DNA of 23,653 nucleotides. It comes from Leptolyngbyaceae cyanobacterium. Lineage in GTDB: Bacteria; Cyanobacteriota; Cyanobacteriia; Phormidesmidales; Phormidesmidaceae. Where the stretch lies: NCBI GenBank assembly GCA_050331235.1, contig JBHJHA010000103.1, forward strand, positions 1 through 23,653, given 5' to 3'. Numbering within the stretch: the stretch's first letter is position 1; each line of letters starts with the position of its first letter. Both the position numbers and the translations under genes were made by a program. Positions 18,889 through 23,653 of this stretch are shown here, piece after piece. The notes beneath the pieces were generated by a model. The model saw nothing but the letters and a program-made list of their open reading frames with translations. It made no database searches and was not told where the DNA came from.

Positions 18889-19953
18889 ATGGCTAAGACT
18901 ACCACTGGCAACTCCGAGAAAGATAAAGCCCTCAATATGGTGCTCAACCAAATTGAGCGCAACTTTGGCAAAGGCTCAATTATGAAGCTAGGGGATGCCG
19001 CCCGGATGAAGGTGGCCACCGTCCCTACGGGCGCGTTGACGCTGGATATGGCTCTGGGAGGGGGGCTGCCCAAAGGCCGCGTGATTGAAATCTATGGGCC
19101 GGAAAGTTCTGGTAAGACGACCCTAGCGCTCCATGCCCTAGCCGAAGTCCAAAAGCAAGGAGGCACCGCCGCCTTTGTGGACGCTGAACATGCTCTGGAT
19201 CCTGTCTATGCTCGGGCCTTGGGCGTCGATATCGAGGAGCTGCTCGTATCCCAGCCCGATACGGGTGAGTCAGCCTTAGAAATTGTGGACCAACTCGTGC
19301 GATCGTCGGCCATTGATTTGGTAGTCGTTGACTCGGTGGCGGCCCTCGTACCCCGCGCTGAAATCGAAGGCGAAATGGGAGATTCTCACATGGGCCTCCA
19401 GGCGCGACTGATGAGCCAAGCCCTGCGGAAGATTACCGGCAATATTGGTAAGTCTGGCTGCACCGTGATTTTTCTCAACCAGCTGCGTTCTAAAATTGGT
19501 GTCGTTTACGGTAATCCCGAAACCACCACGGGCGGCAACGCGCTCAAGTTTTATGCGTCTGTGCGACTGGATATTCGCCGGATTCAAACCCTCAAGAAAG
19601 GCGCAGAGGAGTTTGGTATTCGTGCCAAGGTCAAAGTTGCTAAAAATAAGGTCGCTCCCCCCTTCCGCATTGCCGAGTTTGACATCATTTTTGGCCAGGG
19701 TATTTCTAGCCTTGGCTGTATCGTTGACCTAGCGGAAAAGAACGATGTGATTGTGCGCAAGGGCGCTTGGTACAGCTACAACGGCGAAAACGTTAGCCAG
19801 GGTCGCGACAATTTGATTCGACTGCTGGATGAAAAAACTGAGCTAGCCTTCGAAATTGAAAATAAGGTCAAGCAGAAGCTCGAAATTGGCGAGTTTGCCG
19901 ACCAGGATAAGGGCGTCGACAAAGATTTAGACGACATGCCCGACGACGATTAA
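18889..19953 (+). CDS. recA: Recombinase RecA
   Basis: [63 protein letters not shown]. No intein. Confidence 0.99.
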   Translation: MAKTTTGNSEKDKALNMVLNQIERNFGKGSIMKLGDAARMKVATVPTGALTLDMALGGGLPKGRVIEIYGPESSGKTTLALHALAEVQKQGGTAAFVDAEHALDPVYARALGVDIEELLVSQPDTGESALEIVDQLVRSSAIDLVVVDSVAALVPRAEIEGEMGDSHMGLQARLMSQALRKITGNIGKSGCTVIFLNQLRSKIGVVYGNPETTTGGNALKFYASVRLDIRRIQTLKKGAEEFGIRAKVKVAKNKVAPPFRIAEFDIIFGQGISSLGCIVDLAEKNDVIVRKGAWYSYNGENVSQGRDNLIRLLDEKTELAFEIENKVKQKLEIGEFADQDKGVDKDLDDMPDDD

Positions 19954-19986
19954 TCGCACGGCATGGATATTCTATATAGTCCGATC

Positions 19987-20060
19987 GCCCGGACGACTGG
20001 CTGAGTTGTCTGGGCCCCGCACGCTCGCTTAGCCGTCAAGGAATTGGGGGCTTTTATTTT
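19987..20060 (+). terminator. Hairpin plus intrinsic terminator after recA
   Basis: GCCCGGACGACT / AGTTGTCTGGGC stem (19987-20015), then AGCCGTCAA-GGAA-TTGGGGGCT followed by TTTATTTT. Confidence 0.55.
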
Positions 20061-20261
20061 CCTCTTTCGGCTTAATATGGATTATGGCTTTGAGGGAGCA
20101 GTGGGGCCTCGAAGGGGTGCCTGTGTAAGCTACACCAAGGTGTGATTGCTGATAGAGCGGCGCCTATCTACGCTGCTGCTCTGACCTCCCCGATGAGAAT
20201 GCTGGATAGACTGATTTCTCGCCTGATTGATTTTCCGCTTAAATCTTGACTTTTTACTGCT

Positions 20262-20948
20262 ATGACCAACGCTGTAGATGATAAATCTGTCGTTCGCGAG
20301 TACTTTAACGCCACTGGGTTCGATCGCTGGCGGCGCATCTATGGCGATGGCGAAGTCAATAAAGTACAGCGCGATATTCGCGAGGGCCACCAGCAAACCA
20401 TCGATACCGTGATGTCGTGGCTTGAAGCTGACGGCAACTTGGCCGGACTGTCTATCTGCGATGCGGGCTGCGGTGTGGGCAGTCTCAGCATTCCCTTGGC
20501 CCAAGCTGGAGCCATCGTCAACGCCAGCGACATTTCCCACAAAATGGTGGCCGAAGCCCACGATCGCGCGGTCGCTACCTTACCGGTAGGTCGGGTACCC
20601 AATTTTCAAACTTCAGACTTAGAAGCGCTATCCGGTAAATATCACACCGTGATTTGCTTGGATGTGTTGATCCACTATCCCCAAGACAAGGCGCGAGACA
20701 TGATTTCTCACCTGAGCTCTTTGTCTGAGTCGCGGGTGATTTTGAGCTTTGCCCCCAAGACCACTTTCTAAAGCATTCTGAAAAAAGTGGGCAGTTTCTT
20801 TCCCGGACCCAGTAAAGCGACTCGGGCTTATCTCCATGCGGAAAAAGACGTGGTGGCGATTCTCGAATCCCTTGGCTGGAAAATTGAACGTAAGGCAATG
20901 AATAAAACTCAGTTCTACTTTTCGCGCCTGATTGAAGCCGTCAAGTAG
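20262..20948 (+). pseudogene. chlM: Mg-protoporphyrin IX methyltransferase, interrupted by one in-frame TAA (20769-20771, codon 170); may be a sequence error
   Basis: VREYFN.TGFDRWRRIYG, CDAGCGVG, CLDVLIHYP, SFAPKTTF*SILKKVGSFFPGPSKATRAYLH...FYFSRLIEAVK*. The frame continues for 58 codons after the stop. Confidence 0.9.
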
Positions 20949-21108
20949 ACCGCAATCAACGGCGAGCAGCCTTCACCCTAATCGCTGATTGCGGCGTTTG
21001 CGCCTGAATAGACCAACCAAGGCGTGCTGCGGGCGATAAGTTTTTGCGATCGCCCGGGCAGTTTGAGCCAATCTGGGTAGCTTTAAGAATAGTCTGCCAG
21101 ATTGACCC

Positions 21109-23653
21109 ATGTCCAACACTGCCGAACGCCTCCAGACCTTTGTCCAATTCGTGCTGGCCCATCTCAAGGGCGATGAAAAGGGCGAAGCTCAACTTTTTCT
21201 CGATAAATTCTTTCGCGCCTTTGGTCATGAGGGGGCGATCGAAGCCGGAGCCACCTACGAAGAGCGCATTCACAAGGGCAGCAAAAAGGGCAAAACGGGC
21301 TTTGCCGACCTGGTGTGGAAGCCCCGCGTGCTGATCGAGATGAAAAAGCGCGGCGCCGACCTCACCAAGCACTACTCCCAAGCGTTTGACTATTGGCAGC
21401 GAGCGGTGCCCAATCGGCCCCGCTACGTGATGTTGTGCAATTTCGACGAGTTTTGGGTGTACGACTTTGACATGCAAATCGATACCCCCATCGATATCGT
21501 TGCCCTCGCCGACCTGCCCGATCGCGTCGCCACCTTTGGCTTTATGGAAGTCACCGAACGCCAGTCGGTCTTTGGCAACAACCAGGTAGAAGTGACCGAA
21601 AAAGCCGCCGGACGCATGGGCGAACTGTACCAAATGCTCCGCGATCGCCTCCTCCGCCAAGGCCTCCCAAATGGTGTAGTGGCGATCGGCCGTTCGCCCC
21701 TACAGAATGCCGAACTCGTCGCCCAACGCTTTGTGTTGCAGTGCGTGCTGGCCATGTTTGCCGAAGATCGCCAACTGCTGCCCCGCAGCCTGTTTGTGCG
21801 ATCGGTACAAGACTGCCTGCAAGGCGAAAGCTCCTACGACGTGATCGGCGGCCTGTTCCGCGCGATGAATAGCCGCGATGTGGTGCCCGCTGGCCGCTTT
21901 CAGGGGGTGGAGTATTTCAACGGCGGTCTGTTTGCCGAAATTCACCCGCTGGAACTCACCCCACCGGAACTCAAATTTCTGGAAGTCTCGGCGCTGGAAG
22001 ACTGGAGCAAAGTGCGCCCCGCCATCTTTGGCAACATCTTTGAATCCGCCATCGATGAAAAAGACCGCCACGCCCACGGCATCCACTACACCGCGGAAGC
22101 CGACATCATGAAAATCGTGCGCCCCACCATCTCCCGCTATTGGGAAGAGCGCATCGACCAGGCCAACACCATCAAACAGCTCGAAGCCCTGCAAATCGAA
22201 CTGCGCGACTACCGCGTCCTCGACCCCGCCTGTGGCTCCGGCAACTTTCTCTACATCGCCTATCAAGAACTCAAACAGATCGAACAAGACCTGCTGGATA
22301 AGATCGCCGAACGCCGCCGCACCGCTGACCTGCAAATGCAAATGGGCTACGTCACGCCCCTGCAATTTTTCGGCATCGACAATAACCCGTTTGCGGTGGA
22401 GCTAGCGCGGGTGACCCTGATGATTGCCCGAAAAGTCGCGATCGATCGCCTCGGCCTCTACGAACCCGCCCTGCCGCTGGATACGCTGGATCAAAACATT
22501 CGCTGTCAGGATGCTCTATTTACCGACTGGCCCCAAGCCGACGCCATCATCGGTAATCCCCCGATTTTGGGAAGAGGGAAGACGAAAACACTTAACGATA
22601 CTGACCCCAATTATACAAAAAAGCTACATAGCATTTATCCAAAGAAAGAATTTCCAAGTAGCGCGGATTTTTGTTACTATTGGTTTAGAAAGGCTCACGA
22701 ATACCCTACAGAAAGAATTGGCTTAGTTGGCAGCAATTCAATCACTCAAGGAAATTCTAGAAAGGCATCCTTAGACTTTATCTTGATGCATGGCGGAGTG
22801 ATTTACGATGCGATTTCTTCTCAGCCCTGGAGCGGAGAAGCCGTAGTGCATGTATCGATTGCCAACTGGAGTAAAACCGCAGAGGATGTACTTTATTTAG
22901 ACTCGATTCCTGTTAAGTCAATAAATTCGAGTCTTAAAGACGAAATAGATGTAACCAAGTCTGTAAAACTCAAGTCCAATTTGAATTTTTGTTTTCAAGG
23001 GGTAGTTCCACAACCTCTGGAGAGATACTTGATTGACGATGAAACTGCTTCAATCTGGTTCAAGCAGGATCCCAAAAATAAAGATGTTGTGCGGAACCTT
23101 TTAAGTGCTGACGAACTTACTAATACCCATGACATGACATCGATTCGATTCTTGATCGACTTCAACAAGATGTCGATTGAGGATGCATCAATGTACAAGT
23201 TGCCCTTCGATTTCGTCAAGCAGTCATATGAATCGTCACTAAAGAATAATAACGATGAGCATAAAAAATGGTGGCAGCTTTGGCGTCCCAGAATAAAGAT
23301 GAAGTCAGCTATTGCTGAACTATCAGAATATATTGCTATGCCAGGTCATTCCAAATGGTTCATCCCTGTAAAAGTTCCTAAAGACTATTTGGCTTATGTC
23401 AACTCTTCATTTGTGATTGCTAGTGAAGATTACTACCTTTTAGGTGTTTTAACGTCTCAAGTACATCGAGTTTGGGTAACGGCTCAAAGTTCAACTATCA
23501 AGGGCGACACACGCTATACCAACACCACCTGCTTCGAAACCTTTCCCTTCCCGCAGATCCCCCCTGCCCCCCTTGCCAAGGGGGGTGGCGACAGCCGGGG
23601 GGATCTCAACCAAGCCATTCGCGCCCACGCCCTGCAACTCCACCACTCCCGCC
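21109..23653 (+). CDS. MmeI-like Type IIG/IIL restriction-modification enzyme (nuclease + adenine MTase + TRD), 3' end beyond window
   Basis: Frame from ATG 21109 is open to the window end (about 848 codons). GFADLVWKPRVLIEMKKRG (D..ExK nuclease), YFNGGLF, DWSKVRPAIFG.IFE, GIHYT.E.DI, LDPACGSGNFL (motif I), GNPPILG (motif IV), PWSGEA.VHVSI, WWQLWRPR, RYTNTTCFETFPFP. Confidence 0.92.
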   Translation, partial: MSNTAERLQTFVQFVLAHLKGDEKGEAQLFLDKFFRAFGHEGAIEAGATYEERIHKGSKKGKTGFADLVWKPRVLIEMKKRGADLTKHYSQAFDYWQRAVPNRPRYVMLCNFDEFWVYDFDMQIDTPIDIVALADLPDRVATFGFMEVTERQSVFGNNQVEVTEKAAGRMGELYQMLRDRLLRQGLPNGVVAIGRSPLQNAELVAQRFVLQCVLAMFAEDRQLLPRSLFVRSVQDCLQGESSYDVIGGLFRAMNSRDVVPAGRFQGVEYFNGGLFAEIHPLELTPPELKFLEVSALEDWSKVRPAIFGNIFESAIDEKDRHAHGIHYTAEADIMKIVRPTISRYWEERIDQANTIKQLEALQIELRDYRVLDPACGSGNFLYIAYQELKQIEQDLLDKIAERRRTADLQMQMGYVTPLQFFGIDNNPFAVELARVTLMIARKVAIDRLGLYEPALPLDTLDQNIRCQDALFTDWPQADAIIGNPPILGRGKTKTLNDTDPNYTKKLHSIYPKKEFPSSADFCYYWFRKAHEYPTERIGLVGSNSITQGNSRKASLDFILMHGGVIYDAISSQPWSGEAVVHVSIANWSKTAEDVLYLDSIPVKSINSSLKDEIDVTKSVKLKSNLNFCFQGVVPQPLERYLIDDETASIWFKQDPKNKDVVRNLLSADELTNTHDMTSIRFLIDFNKMSIEDASMYKLPFDFVKQSYESSLKNNNDEHKKWWQLWRPRIKMKSAIAELSEYIAMPGHSKWFIPVKVPKDYLAYVNSSFVIASEDYYLLGVLTSQVHRVWVTAQSSTIKGDTRYTNTTCFETFPFPQIPPAPLAKGGGDSRGDLNQAIRAHALQLHHSR
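21675..21704. repeat. GTAG-class REP-like 30-bp palindrome inside the RM gene
   Basis: TGTAGTGGCGATCGG|CCGTTCGCCCCTACA; 13 of 15 positions pair. Confidence 0.7.
23555..23606. repeat. 52-bp nested palindromic element (CCCCCCTT-N3-AAGGGGGG type) inside the RM gene
   Basis: Outer AGATCCCCCC / GGGGGGATCT stem, inner CCCCCCTT-GCC-AAGGGGGG and GGC-GACA-GCC hairpins. Confidence 0.75.

Larger units (their letters stand above)
177..21648. repeat. HIP1 octamer GCGATCGC, dispersed (about 28 copies)
   Basis: Counted by eye, e.g. 177, 790, 4464, 10532, 13351, 14291, 21641. Fewer than one copy is expected by chance in 23.6 kb. Confidence 0.95.

Noticed and set aside
18084..20771. Stop-codon reassignment as a shared explanation for the xseA and chlM stops
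   Set aside because: The two codons differ (TAG, TAA) and both end ordinary genes here (argS and chlM end in TAG, recA in TAA); no other gene in the window has internal stops.
20950..20994. Hairpin CCGCAATCA...TGATTGCGG after chlM as an integration site or element end
   Set aside because: No matching repeat, tRNA or integrase in the window; more likely an ordinary 3' stem-loop.
20956..22365. Long minus-strand ORFs (234 aa, 221 aa, 110 aa)
   Set aside because: Antisense shadows of the GC-rich RM gene on the plus strand.
1..23653. CRISPR array, tRNA/rRNA, IS or prophage genes
   Set aside because: No regularly spaced repeats, cloverleaf-like sequence, transposase or phage motifs seen.

Overview
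Core-genome stretch of a cyanobacterium. Evidence: about 28 HIP1 octamers GCGATCGC counted by eye, chlM, a DUF2996/NdhV-type gene, and a divergent perR-peroxiredoxin pair. Left to right: partial YdcF/DUF218 gene; MscS channel plus an unknown wHTH-tailed partner; an unannotated 45-aa ORF behind a promoter and structured leader; M23 peptidase; perR <> type II peroxiredoxin with a 7-1-7 Per box; gor; gmd; ndhV-like; argS; membrane-anchored HTH protein; compact DacB; ROK kinase; hypothetical; SGNH hydrolase; ychF; xseB; xseA <> recA with a LexA-like box; chlM; and an MmeI-like Type IIG restriction-modification gene (21109 to window end) that the ORF track missed. Main anomalies: (1) xseA and chlM are each broken by a single in-frame stop with perfect continuation behind it. 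(2) The RM gene is a mosaic, with a ~0.93 kb AT-rich specificity segment between GC-rich parts, an NPPI catalytic motif and two palindromic repeat elements translated in frame. (3) The small ORF unit at 2705-2995. I see no CRISPR array, tRNA/rRNA, transposase or clearly new multi-gene system; all family calls are from motif recognition, not database searches.
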